DNA of 63,979 nucleotides, filler included, from Vicugna vicugna (taxonomy: Eukaryota), in assembly GCA_013265495.1 (NCBI GenBank). It is 75 parts of 71 records of this genome, joined end to end, with 100 filler letters (N's around TTAATTAATTAA, not from the genome) between each part and the next. Parts side by side here need not be neighbours in the genome. Positions count along the whole stretch, not along the records: positions 11,422 to 12,408 come from PNXW01019817.1; positions 12,509 to 12,989 come from MU061602.1; positions 13,090 to 14,119 come from MU061604.1; positions 14,220 to 14,897 come from MU061606.1; positions 14,998 to 16,172 come from MU061610.1; positions 16,273 to 16,816 come from PNXW01019862.1; positions 16,917 to 17,412 come from PNXW01019881.1; positions 17,513 to 18,696 come from MU061615.1; 67 more parts are not named here. One strand, written 5' to 3'. The notes under the pieces were generated by a model. That model had not been told where the DNA came from. It saw nothing but the letters and a program-made list of their open reading frames with translations, and did not search any database. Below, one piece after another: positions 12,026 through 24,536 of this stretch (the first letter of the stretch is position 1; every line of letters starts with the position of its first letter). A program made the translations under genes and the position numbers.

Positions 12026-12127
12026 CTTATAAAGGCTGCCTTGCCTGACGTCACGGCCAATCTGCAGATCTGATTGGGTAGGATGCGGGGCAGGGAGCCG
12101 TGTCGCTAAGGCAGGCCATGTCACGTG
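12026..12127 (-). promoter_or_regulatory. H2B.W promoter: TATA, CRE, paired CCAAT boxes, E-box
   Basis: TTTATAAG (12026-12033), TGACGTCA (12046-12053), CCAAT (12057-12061), ATTGG (12073-12077), CACGTG (12122-12127). Confidence 0.8.
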
Positions 12128-12508
12128 TCCTTAGATGCCCCGCGGCTTGGCCGCACATCAACCAGTCCGAGTGGCAATCTGGTGACCTTTAAACTTTCCG
12201 TGACCCCCACCAGGTGACCTGTAAACTTTCCATGACCTCCACCAGAAAAGCTTTGCAACCCGCAAGGTCGTGTCGGAAAAGGTCATCCGTTCCCCTCAGC
12301 TGCTTTATGCCTGCCAGTTATGCGTGAGAAGTTTGCAAAGAGGTCAAACCCACCTCTCCTACGCGGAAGAAAACTCACTTTGATCTCTCTGAGAGGGTCT
12401 GACCTCCGNNNNNNNNNNNNNNNNNNNNNNNNNNNNNNNNNNNNNNNNNNNNTTAATTAATTAANNNNNNNNNNNNNNNNNNNNNNNNNNNNNNNNNNNN
12501 NNNNNNNN

Positions 12509-12989
12509 AGTTGGAGCTTGTACCTCCCCATATATATGTATGAAATGGTGTTTACGACTGAAATGAAACTTTGTGTTCCCTTCAAGCTAATTGAATGATG
12601 GCTTTCACACACAATTATCTCTCAGAACTGAGCATGTGGAGAGACGTTCGTTCATCCAGCACAAAGGGAACGGGTTGCAGGAGAAACCCTGACTCTGGTT
12701 TCTCAGTCTGTNNNNNNNNNNNNNNNNNNNNNNNNNNNNNNNNNNNNNNNNNNNNNNNNNNNNNNNNNNNNNNNNNNNNNNNNNNNNNNNNNNNNNNNNN
12801 NNNNNNNNNNNNNNNNNNNAACTTTGTATTCCCTTCAAGCTAGGTGAAGGACGGCTTTCACACACACTTATCTCTCAGAACTGAGCATGTGGAGAGACGT
12901 TCGTTCATCCAGCACAAATGGAACGGGTTACAAGAGATACACTGACTCTGGTTTTTCAGTCTCTTTCCTAGTGCCGGTTTGAAGTGCCT
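12509..12989. repeat. ~248-bp satellite (family E)
   Basis: Two copies of CTCAGAACTGAGCATGTGGAGAGACGTTCGTTCATCCAGCACAAA; reverse complement of 32660-33192. Confidence 0.9.
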
Positions 12990-13089
12990 NNNNNNNNNNN
13001 NNNNNNNNNNNNNNNNNNNNNNNNNNNNNNNNNTTAATTAATTAANNNNNNNNNNNNNNNNNNNNNNNNNNNNNNNNNNNNNNNNNNNN

Positions 13090-14119
13090 TATATTCTCTT
13101 TTATATTTTGTATATTTTGTGTTCTTAATTTTATATACTACATTCTATATTCTGCATTCGTTATTTGTATTGTATATTCTGTGTTCTACAGTCTATATTC
13201 TAAATTCTATATTCAGTATTCTGTATTCTATATTCTAAATTCTGTGTAGTACATTCCATGTTCTAAATGCTGGGTTCTATATTCTCTATTCTATATTATA
13301 TATTTTGTGTTCATCATTCTATATTCTATATTCTAATATTCTATATTCTATATTTTATATTCTGCATTCTGTATTCTATATTGTATATTCTGAGTTCTAC
13401 ATTCTGTATTCTAAATTCTATATACAGTATTATGTATTCTATATTCTAAATTCTGTTTCACCATTCCATTTTCTAAATTCTGGGTTCTATATTCTCTATT
13501 CTATATAATATATATTTTTTTCTTCATTCTATACTCTAAATTGTATATTCAGTATTCTCTATTCTATAATTTAATTCTGTGTTCTGAATTCCATGTTCTA
13601 AATTCTATATTCATTATTCTGTATTCTATATTCTAAATTCTGTGTACTGTTTCTAAGTTCTAAATTCTATATTCAGTATTCTGTATTCTATATTCTAAAN
13701 NNNNNNNNNNNNNNNNNNNNNNNNNNNNNNNNNNNNNNNNNNNNNNNNNNNNNNNNNNNNNNNNNNNNNNNNNNNNNNNNNNNNNNNNNNNNNNNNNNNN
13801 NNNNNNNNNNNNNNNNNNNNNNNNNNNNNNNNNNNNNNNNNNNNNNNNNNNNNNNNNNNNNNNNNNNNNNNNNNNNNNNNNNNNNNNNNNNNNNNNNNNN
13901 NNNNNNNNNNNNNNNNNNNNNNNNNNNNNNNNNNNNNNNNNNNNNNNNNNNNNNNNNNNNNNNNNNNNNNNNNNNNNNNNNNNNNNNNNNNNNNNNNNNN
14001 NNNNTGTTTTATATATATTTTGTGTTCTTAATTCTATATACTACATTCTATATTCTGCATTCTGTAGTTATATGGTATATTCTGTGTTCTACATTCTTTA
14101 TTCTAAATTCTATATTCAG
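13090..14119. repeat. 7-bp satellite
   Basis: ATTCTAT-type heptamers. Confidence 0.95.
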
Positions 14120-14219
14120 NNNNNNNNNNNNNNNNNNNNNNNNNNNNNNNNNNNNNNNNNNNNTTAATTAATTAANNNNNNNNNNNNNNNNNNNNNNNNN
14201 NNNNNNNNNNNNNNNNNNN

Positions 14220-14897
14220 GAGCTGCGTGGAGTTGTCTCTCGTGCTCCCCGACGCATTGACAATTGTTCCGGATTGCTGAGAGTGTGGAGGTCCCACCAA
14301 CGGTCGACAGCGCGTGGGTTCTAACAGAATGCATAAGCTCGTCTCCCCTGAGGGTTTTCCTAATATCTCTGTGCTAGGGAATGCTAGGGTTGATTGCAGG
14401 ATATCCCAGTGTCTGAGGCTGCCTGCACAAGGTCAGGGAAGCTATTTCTCAGACTTCCCCGAACAGAGAACACCTGTGAATGAAGAGAGCAGCGTGGAGT
14501 TCTCTCTCGAGCTCCCCCACGCACTGACAATGNNNNNNNNNNNNNNNNNNNNNNNNNNNNNGTCGGCAGCGCGTGGGTTCTAACGGAATGCCTAAGCTCG
14601 TCACCCCTGAGGGTTTTCCTAATGTCTCTGTGCCAGGGATGCTAGGGGTGATTGCAGGATATCCAGGTGTCTGAGGCTGCCTCCACGAGGTCAGGGAAGG
14701 TATTTCTCAGACTTCCCTGAACAGAGGACACCTGTGACTGAAGAGAGCAGCGTGGAGTTGTCTCTCGAGATTCCCCACACACTGACAATGTTTCCAGAAT
14801 CCTGAGCGTGGGGAGGTTCCACCAACGGACCGCAACGCGTGGGTTCTAACAAAATGCCTCAGCTAGCCTCCCCTGAGTCTTTTCCTAATGTCTCTGT
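14220..14897. repeat. 267-bp satellite (reverse orientation)
   Basis: Repeated GCGCGTGGGTTCTAAC...CCCCTGAG. Confidence 0.95.
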
Positions 14898-14997
14898 NNN
14901 NNNNNNNNNNNNNNNNNNNNNNNNNNNNNNNNNNNNNNNNNTTAATTAATTAANNNNNNNNNNNNNNNNNNNNNNNNNNNNNNNNNNNNNNNNNNNN

Positions 14998-16172
14998 GAT
15001 ACATGTGTTTCTGAGTTGTGAGCATATGGATTACTGAACTTTAATCCACGAAAGAAGGCATATATACCCTTAGAAATATTTACTCTGACTTCATATGTTT
15101 TTTTCTATCACCAGGTTTTAATCAGAGGTTTGGCACCAGAAAACACTATTTGAGCGAATTTTCACCAACACAGATGAATTTAAATTTTTTACATAACCAT
15201 TGCATTCCGTAATCCGAACATGTTTCAATTCCGAACATGTTTCATGCATCACGGATTCCTCAAACATGCATTTCTGAGTTGTGACCATGCGCATGACTGA
15301 TGTTACAACCACGAAACAAATACCTATGCACTTTGAAATATATACATAGACTTGGTTGTTTCTTCCTATCACCAGTGTCAAGAATCACACTTTGATCCCA
15401 GAAAAACCCTCTTGGAGCGAATTCTAACCTAGAGATATTTAATTTGAATAGATTCCATCTACATGATATTCCGTGTTCATTACATGCTACATACATGACT
15501 GATTNNNNNNNNNNNNNNNNNNNNNNNNNNNNNNNNNNNNNNNNNNNNNNNNNNNNNNNNNNNNNNNNNNNNNNNNNNNNNNNNNNNNNNNNNNNNNNNN
15601 NNNNNNNNNNNNNNNNNNNNNNNNNNNNNNNNNNNNNNNNNNNNNNNNNNNNNNNNNNNNNNNNNNNNNNNNNNNNNNNNNNNNNNNNNNNNNNNNNNNN
15701 NNNNNNNNNNNNNNNNNNNNNNNNNNNNNNNNNNNNNNNNNNNNNNNNNNNNNNNNNNNNNNNNNNNNNNNNNNNNNNNNNNNNNNNNNNNNNNNNNNNN
15801 NNNNNNNNNNNNNNNNNNNNNNNNNNNNNNNNNNNNNNNNNNNNNNNNNNNNNNNNNNNNNNNNNNNNNNNNNNNNNNNNNNNNNNNNNNNNNNNNNNNN
15901 NNNNNNNNNNNNNNNNNNNNNNNNNNNNNNNNNNNNNNNNNNNNNNNNNNNNNNNNNNNNNNNNNNNTTGTTTATATAACCATGGCATTCCGTATTACGA
16001 ACATGTTTCATGCATCAGGGATTCCTCAAACATGAATTTCTCAGTTGTGAACATGCGTATGACTGATGTTCCAACCACCAAACAAGATACCAAAGCACTC
16101 TGAAATACTTACTTTGACTTCATAGCATATTCCTAACACCAGTTTCAAGAATCACACTTTGATCCCACAAAA
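14998..16172. repeat. ~740-bp trimeric satellite (reverse orientation)
   Basis: Reverse complement of the family motifs. Confidence 0.9.
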
Positions 16173-16272
16173 NNNNNNNNNNNNNNNNNNNNNNNNNNNN
16201 NNNNNNNNNNNNNNNNTTAATTAATTAANNNNNNNNNNNNNNNNNNNNNNNNNNNNNNNNNNNNNNNNNNNN

Positions 16273-16816
16273 AGGAGCAGACCATGGTCTTAGGGCAAGT
16301 CGGAGATGCTCCGGAGCAGTCTGGCATCCTCCCACCTCCCGGGGCTGTACCTGCTCTCCTAAACCCGGGTATAAGCGGCGGCAAAAACGGGGGGTTCAGG
16401 AACTACTAATAGCGGGATTACCATGAACTACAGCGCCGGCTGCCACCCGCCTCATTTTCCTAACCGGACGCGCGGCCGGGACCTCACCTCCGCACCCCTC
16501 CCTGGGCGCCTCCCCAGCCGCACAGCCCAGGCGTCATCCGCCGGCTCCCCAAGCAGCGCGCCCCCACCATCGTCCCCTGAACTGCCCTGCAGCGGCAGCC
16601 GAGCCGAGGGCAAGCGACGGACCCCAGGCCGTGTTCCTCTTCCAGGAGCTGGTCCGGGAGCAACCAGCTGCCGCCAGCTTCCACGCGTTCTGGGCGGGTT
16701 CCGGGTTCCGCGCGTCTGTCCGTCTGCGCGTGCGCGCCCCTCCTCCTCCAGCCCGCAGTGCAAACTGCTCTGGTGGGTCTCCTGCTTTACCGGACCTGGC
16801 CACTGGGGCTGGGAGG
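16273..16816 (-). promoter_or_regulatory. CpG-island promoter and probable first exon of an unidentified gene
   Basis: High GC and CpG; GC box (16692-16698), ETS CCGGAA (16699-16704, minus), NRF1-like GCGCGTGCGC (16726-16735); minus-strand donor GAG|GTGAGG at 16488/16487. Confidence 0.6.
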
Positions 16817-17512
16817 NNNNNNNNNNNNNNNNNNNNNNNNNNNNNNNNNNNNNNNNNNNNTTAATTAATTAANNNNNNNNNNNNNNNNNNNNNNNNNNNN
16901 NNNNNNNNNNNNNNNNTGCCGATTTGGAATCAAAAGGATTCCTAGTCCGTGATGTAGACTTCTATGTCTTCCAACAGAATGAAGGAATGCCATATTGTAT
17001 GCTATGAAGAGAAGAAATGTAAGAAGCCTTTAACAAAGGCAAGTAGCTCTGCCAAGGTGTACTAAGTGCAAAAGAGACCGACAGCAAAGTGCACATTGGG
17101 GTTGGTTTCATTTCTTGGAATTTCAGCCCCCATGAAACAAATGGATCCATGTCCTGAGAGTGAAATGGATCCATGTCCTGAGAGTGCGGGTGTTTCAGCA
17201 GAAATCAGGCGACGCATATGTATTCCGGGTGTATGGATATTATAGGAACATATGTCTCCTTAAGTGGGTTTCTGTGTACTGTGAACTGTTAGAAAGTTTA
17301 AAGACGTGTGAAACCATCAACTGAAAAGGGACACACTTCCCTCCATTGGTTCTGTGCATAGAGAACTTAACAAAAGAAAAGAGGGAAGAAGAAAGGCCCA
17401 TGGGACGCTAGTNNNNNNNNNNNNNNNNNNNNNNNNNNNNNNNNNNNNNNNNNNNNTTAATTAATTAANNNNNNNNNNNNNNNNNNNNNNNNNNNNNNNN
17501 NNNNNNNNNNNN

Positions 17513-18696
17513 TTACAGACCTTTCACCCTCCGAACAAGGTGTATATAGACTTAGAAGTATTTACTTTGACTTCATAGATTTTTCTATCACCAGGTTCCA
17601 AAATCGGACATTTGTCACCAGAAAACACTCTTTGAGCGAATTCTCACAAATACACATGTAATTTACATTGTTTACATAACCATGGAATTCCGTATTACGA
17701 GCATGTTTCATGCNNNNNNNNNNNNNNNNNNNNNNNNNNNNNNNNNNNNNNNNNNNNNNNNNNNNNNNNNNNNNNNNNNNNNNNNNNNNNNNNNNNNNNN
17801 NNNNNNNNNNNNNNNNNNNNNNNNNNNNNNNNNNNNNNNNACCAGTTTCACACTTTGATCCCACAAAAACCCTCTTGGAGCGAATTTTTCCCTAGAGATA
17901 TGTAATTTGAATGGATTCCATCTACATGATATTCCGTGTTTCATACAAGCTACATACATGACGGACATGACAAACATGCATTCCTGAGTTGAGAGCATGT
18001 GGATTACTAATCTTTCATCCTCTATAAAAGGAATATTTTCATCTAGACACGTGTACACATTTTCACAAGCTTTCCCTAACACNNNNNNNNNNNNNNNNNN
18101 NNNNNNNNNNNNNNNNNNNNNNNNNNNNNNNNNNNNNNNNNNNNNNNNNNNNNNNNNNNNNNNNNNNNNNNNNNNNNNNNNNNNNNNNNNNNNNNNNNNN
18201 NNNNNNNNNNNNNNNNNNNNNNNNNNNNNNNNNNNNNNNNNNNNNNNNNNNNNNNNNNNNNNNNNNNNNNNNNNNNNNNNNNNNNNNNNNNNNNNNNNNN
18301 NNNNNNNNNNNNNNNNNNNNNNNNNNNNNNNNNNNNNNNNNNNNNNNNNNNNNNNNNNNNNNNNNNNNNNNNNNNNNNNNNNNNNNNNNNNNNNNNNNNN
18401 NNNNNNNNNNNNNNNNNNNNNNNNNNNNNNNNNNNNNNNNNNNNNNNNNNNNNNNNNNNNNNNNNNNNNNNNNNNNNNNNNNNNNNNNNNNNNNNNNNNN
18501 NNNNNNNNNNNNNNNNNNNNNNNNNNNNNNNNNNNNNNNNNNNNNNNNNTTCAAGAATCACACATTGATCCCACAAAAACCCTCTTGGAGCGAATCCTTC
18601 CCTAGAGATATGTAATTTGAATGGATTCCATCTACATGATATTCCGATTTTCTTACATGCTACATATATGATGGATTCGACAAATATACATTCCTG
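17513..18696. repeat. ~740-bp trimeric satellite (reverse orientation)
   Basis: Family motifs. Confidence 0.9.
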
Positions 18697-18796
18697 NNNN
18701 NNNNNNNNNNNNNNNNNNNNNNNNNNNNNNNNNNNNNNNNTTAATTAATTAANNNNNNNNNNNNNNNNNNNNNNNNNNNNNNNNNNNNNNNNNNNN

Positions 18797-19575
18797 TCAG
18801 TTGGAGGAGGCTGCCCAATCTCAGGATAACTGTGCAAGTGTACGTGTGTGTGCTGGAGGTTTGGAAACAGACTCCAAGAATCTTTATGGGGGCACAGGTG
18901 TTCCCAGGTTAGGGATGTAATTTAAACACCTCCAAAATCCACAGAGAGGTCATCGCAAATACTTGGTTTCGGAGCCCAAACCACACTGTCCCCCGAACTC
19001 CCGCCTACGCTTTCCATCAGGGAAGACAAGAAAAGCGATTCAATTAGAACCCAGGCACTGCTGTCAGTTGGAGGAACTTCCCTGCTCTCAGAATTCCACA
19101 ACACATTCTTAGGTGTGGGAGAGTTGTGCAGCCCCACTGCACCGAGATGAATGGAGGAAAAGGTGTTCCCTTTAGGGAGAAGTCCTCTAAGTAATTCCTC
19201 AATGGATCAGGGGGCACTGACTGCTACATGGCCTCCAAGCCCAACCCCCAGCTTTCCCTCGTGGCCTGGCCTAAAGGAACACTCAGGGAACAGATGCTAA
19301 AGGATACTAATAGAACCCAGGTGCTGCTGTCAGTTTGAGGAACCTCCCCACACTCAGAATACCAGGACACTACTTTGCGTGTGTGTTGGATGTAGGGAAA
19401 CAGTCAAAAGACACTACTTTGCGTGTGTGTTGGATGTAGGGAAACAGTCAAAGCATCTTTCAGGGGGCACATTTATTCCATGGTTGTGGGTTGTAAGTTA
19501 AAAACCCACATCCCATGGATAGGCTCTTGTTAATAGTTGGTTTAGAGCCCAACCCCCACTTTCCCCCACTCTCCA
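18797..19575. repeat. Diverged ~267-bp higher-order satellite (family D)
   Basis: TAGAACCCAGG-N-CTGCTGTCAGTT anchor at 19045 and 19311 (266 bp); adjacent monomers are strongly diverged. Confidence 0.9.
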
Positions 19576-19675
19576 NNNNNNNNNNNNNNNNNNNNNNNNN
19601 NNNNNNNNNNNNNNNNNNNTTAATTAATTAANNNNNNNNNNNNNNNNNNNNNNNNNNNNNNNNNNNNNNNNNNNN

Positions 19676-21070
19676 AACACCAGTTTCGAACTCGTGCATT
19701 TTCCTCAGAAAAATACTTCTAGAGCGATTTACACCAAACAGATATTTAATTTACATGAATTCCATCAACATGGCATTCCGGGTTCCGTACATGCTACATG
19801 CATGACGGATTCGGCAAACATGTGTTTCTGAGATCTCAGCATGTGGATTACTGACCTTTCATCCACCAAACAAGGCATATATANNNNNNNNNNNNNNNNN
19901 NNNNNNNNNNNNNNNNNNNNNNNNNNNNNNNNNNNNNNNNNNNNNNNNNNNNNNNNNNNNNNNNNNNNNNNNNNNNNNNNNNNNNNNNNNNNNNNNNNNN
20001 NNNNNNNNNNNNNNNNNNNNNNNNNNNNNNNNNNNNNNNNNNNNNNNNNNNNNNNNNNNNNNNNNNNNNNNNNNNNNNNNNNNNNNNNTGAACATGCACA
20101 TTGCAGATGATTCAACCACCAAAAATTACCTATGCACTTTGAAATATTTACTTAGNNNNNNNNNNNNNNNNNNNNNNNNNNNNNNNNNNNNNNNNNNNNT
20201 TAATTAATTAANNNNNNNNNNNNNNNNNNNNNNNNNNNNNNNNNNNNNNNNNNNNATTTCAGAGTGCATAGGTAAACTGTTTGGTGGTTGAAACATCAGT
20301 TATGTGCAAGATTACAACTCAGAAATTCATGTTTGAGTAATCCGTGATGCATGAAACATGTTCGGAATACGGAATGCCATGGTTATGTAAACAATGTAAA
20401 TTACATGTGTATTGGTGAGAATTCGCTCTAAGAGTGTTTTCTGGTGCCAAATGTCCGATTTTAGAAACTGGTGATAGAAAAATCTATGAAGTCAGAGAAN
20501 NNNNNNNNNNNNNNNNNNNNNNNNNNNNNNNNNNNNNNNNNNNNNNNNNNNNNNNNNNNNNNNNNNNNNNNNNNNNNNNNNNNNNNNNNNNNNNNNNNNN
20601 NNNNNNNNNNNNNNNNNNNNNNNNNNNNNNNNNNNNNNNNNNNNNNNNNNNNNNNNNNNNNNNNNNNNNNNNNNNNNNNNNNNNNNNNNNNNNNNNNNNN
20701 NNNNNNNNNNNNNNNNNNNNNNNNNNNNNNNNNNNNNNNNNNNNNNNNNNNNNNNNNNNNNNNNNNNNNNNNNNNNNNNNNNNNNNNNNNNNNNNNNNNN
20801 NNNNNNNNNNNNNNNNNNNNNNNGTCGAATCCGTCATGTATGAAGCATGTATGGAACACGGAATATCATGTAGATGGAATCTATTCAAATTACATATCTC
20901 TAGGGAAGGATTCGCTCCAAGAGGGTTTTTGTGGGATTAAAGTGTGATTCTTGAAACTGGTGATAGGAAGAAGTTCCGAAGTCAAAGTAAATATTTCAGA
21001 GTGCATATGTAACATGTTTGTTGGCTGAAACATCAGTCATGCGCAAGTTTACAACTCTGAAATTCATGTT
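19676..21070. repeat. ~740-bp trimeric satellite (two scaffolds: 19676-20155 reverse, 20256-21070 forward)
   Basis: Family motifs. Confidence 0.9.
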
Positions 21071-21170
21071 NNNNNNNNNNNNNNNNNNNNNNNNNNNNNN
21101 NNNNNNNNNNNNNNTTAATTAATTAANNNNNNNNNNNNNNNNNNNNNNNNNNNNNNNNNNNNNNNNNNNN

Positions 21171-22852
21171 GGAATGCAGAATTAAGAATTTACAATATAC
21201 AATACAGAATACTGAGTATAGATTTTAAACATGGAATGCAGAACCCAGAATATAGAATATAGAATACGGAATACTGAGTATAGAATTTAGAATATAGAAT
21301 GTAGAACACAGAATAGAGAATATAGAATAGAGAATATAGAACCCCGAATTTAGAAAATGGAATGCAGAACACAGGATTTCGAATATAGAATACAGAATAG
21401 TAAATAGAGAATTTAGAATATAGAATGTAGAACACAGAGTATAGAATGTAGAATACGGAATACTGAATATAGAATTTAGAATATAGAATGTAGTACACAG
21501 AATATAAAATGTAGAATACGGAATGCAAAATATAGAATACAGAATATAGAATGTAGAACACAGAATGTAGAATATGGAAAACAGAATACAGAACCGAGAA
21601 TTTAGAACATGGAATGAAGAACACAGGGTTTAGAAAATAGAATAAAACAGAAAACTGAATATAGAATTTAGAATATACAATGTAGAACTCAGAATATACA
21701 ATATAGAGTATGGAATGCAGAATATAGAATATAGAATATAGAATATAGAATGATGAACACAAATTATAAAATATAGAATAGAGAATATAGAACCCAGCAT
21801 TTAGAACATGGAATGTTGTACACATAATTTAGAATATGGAATACAGAATACTGATAATTTAGAATATGGAATACAGAATACTGAATATAGAATTTAGAAT
21901 ATAGGATGTAGAACACAGAATATACAATATAAATACGGAATGCAGAATATATAATATAGTATATAGAATTAAGAACAAAAAATATACTATATATAAAAGA
22001 GAATATAGAAACCAGAATTTAGANNNNNNNNNNNNNNNNNNNNNNNNNNNNNNNNNNNNNNNNNNNNTTAATTAATTAANNNNNNNNNNNNNNNNNNNNN
22101 NNNNNNNNNNNNNNNNNNNNNNNAATACTGAATATAGAATTTAGAATATAAAATGTAGAACCCAGAATTAATAATATACAATATAGAATGCTGAATATAG
22201 GATTTAGAATATAGAATGTAGAACACGGAATATAGAATATAGAATATAGATTATAGAACACAGTATTTAGAACATGGAATGCAGAACACAGAATTAAGAA
22301 TATAGCATACCGAATACTTAATATAGAATTTAGNNNNNNNNNNNNNNNNNNNNNNNNNNNNNNNNNNNNNNNNNNNNNNNNNNNNNNNNNNNNNNNNNNN
22401 NNNNNNNNNNNNNNNNNNNNNNNAAAGAATACACAGAAGAGAATTTAGAACATGGAATGCAGAACACAGAATTTAGAATATAGAATACAGAATACTGAAT
22501 ATAGAATTTGGAATATAGAATGTAGAACACAGAATATATAATGTAGAATAAGGAATGCTGTATATAGAATACAGAATATAGAATTTAGAATACAGAACAT
22601 AAAATATGGAAAACAGAATATAGGACCCAGAAGTTAGAACAAGTTATACAGAACACAGAATTTAGAATATACTATACAGATTACTGAATATAGAATTTAG
22701 AATATAGAATGTAGATCACAGAATATAGAATATAGATTACAGAATGCAGAATATAGTATACAGAATATAGGATTTAGAACACAGAATATAGATTATGGAA
22801 ACTTAATACAGAACCCAGAATATAGAAAATGGGATGCAGAACACAGAATTTA
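21171..22852. repeat. 7-bp satellite (two scaffolds, AGAATAT orientation)
   Basis: AGAATAT, AGAATTT, AGAACAC heptamers. Confidence 0.95.
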
Positions 22853-22952
22853 NNNNNNNNNNNNNNNNNNNNNNNNNNNNNNNNNNNNNNNNNNNNTTAA
22901 TTAATTAANNNNNNNNNNNNNNNNNNNNNNNNNNNNNNNNNNNNNNNNNNNN

Positions 22953-23562
22953 GTAATAGAAAAAACCTATGAAGCCAGAGGAAATATTTCTAAGTGTTTG
23001 TATGCCTTGTCTGGTGGATGAAAGGTCAGTAATCCACATGCTCACAACTCAGAAACGCATGTTTGTCGAATCCGTCAAGCATGTAGCATGTATTGAAACC
23101 AGAATACCATGTTGTACAAATTTATGTAAATTACATGTCTATTAGGTATATATCGCAACAGAAGTTTGTTTTGGTGAAAAATGAACGAATTAGATACTGG
23201 TGTTAGGAAAAGCCTGTGAGAATGTGGACACGGCTCTTGATGAAAATATTCCATTTATAGAGGATGAAAGATCAGTAATCCACATGCTGTCAACTCAGGA
23301 ATGCATGTTTGTCGAATCCTTCATGCATGTACCATGTACAGAACACGGAATATCATGTTGATGCAATCTATTCAAATTACATATCTATAGGGTAGAATAG
23401 GCTTCAAGAGAGTTTTCTGGGATAAAAGTGTGATTCTTGAAACTGGTATAGGAAAAATCTACGAAGTCAGAATAAATATTTCAAAGAACATAACATAAGT
23501 ACATTGTATGGTGGTTTAAACATCAGTCATCCACATGTTCACAAGTCAGAAATTCATGTTTG
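22953..23562. repeat. ~740-bp trimeric satellite
   Basis: GATGAAAG anchors at 23017 and 23263 (246 bp); third subunit at ~23514. Confidence 0.9.
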
Positions 23563-23662
23563 NNNNNNNNNNNNNNNNNNNNNNNNNNNNNNNNNNNNNN
23601 NNNNNNTTAATTAATTAANNNNNNNNNNNNNNNNNNNNNNNNNNNNNNNNNNNNNNNNNNNN

Positions 23663-24536
23663 CAGAATATGAATATACAATGTAGAAAACAGAATTTAGA
23701 ATATAGATTACAGAATAATGAATATAGAATTTACAATATACGATGTAGAACACAGAATATAGAATATAGAATACGGAATGCAGAATATAGAATTCAGAGT
23801 ATAGAACACAAAATTTTGAACATGGAATGCACAACACAGAATTTAGAATATAGAATACCGAATACTGANNNNNNNNNNNNNNNNNNNNNNNNNNNNNNNN
23901 NNNNNNNNNNNNTTAATTAATTAANNNNNNNNNNNNNNNNNNNNNNNNNNNNNNNNNNNNNNNNNNNNATGGAATGTAGAATATGGAATGCAGAATATTG
24001 AATACAGAATATAGAATGTACAACACAGTATATAGAATATAGAATAGAGAATATAGAACCCAGAATTTAGAACAAGGAATGCAGAACACAGAATTTAGAA
24101 TATACAATACAGAATATTTTATATAGAATTTAGAATATAGAAAGTAGAATACAGAATTTAGAATAAAGAATACAGAATACTGAATAAAGAATTTAGAAAA
24201 TAACTGTAGAACACAGAATATAGAATAAAGAATAAGGAATACTGAGTATACAATTTAGAATATAGAATTTAGAACACAGAATATACAATATGGAATACAG
24301 AATACAGAAAACAGAATTTAGAACATGGAATGCAGAACACAGTATTAAGAATATAGAATACAGAATACTCAATATAGATTTAGAACATAGAACATAGAAT
24401 GTAGAACACAGAATGTAAAATACGGCATGCAGAATATACAATATAGAATATAGAATACAGAACACAGAATTTAGAATATAGTATGCAGAAAACTGAATAT
24501 AGAATTTAGAACATTGAATGCCGAACACAGAATTTA
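23663..24536. repeat. 7-bp satellite (two scaffolds)
   Basis: AGAATAT heptamers. Confidence 0.95.
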
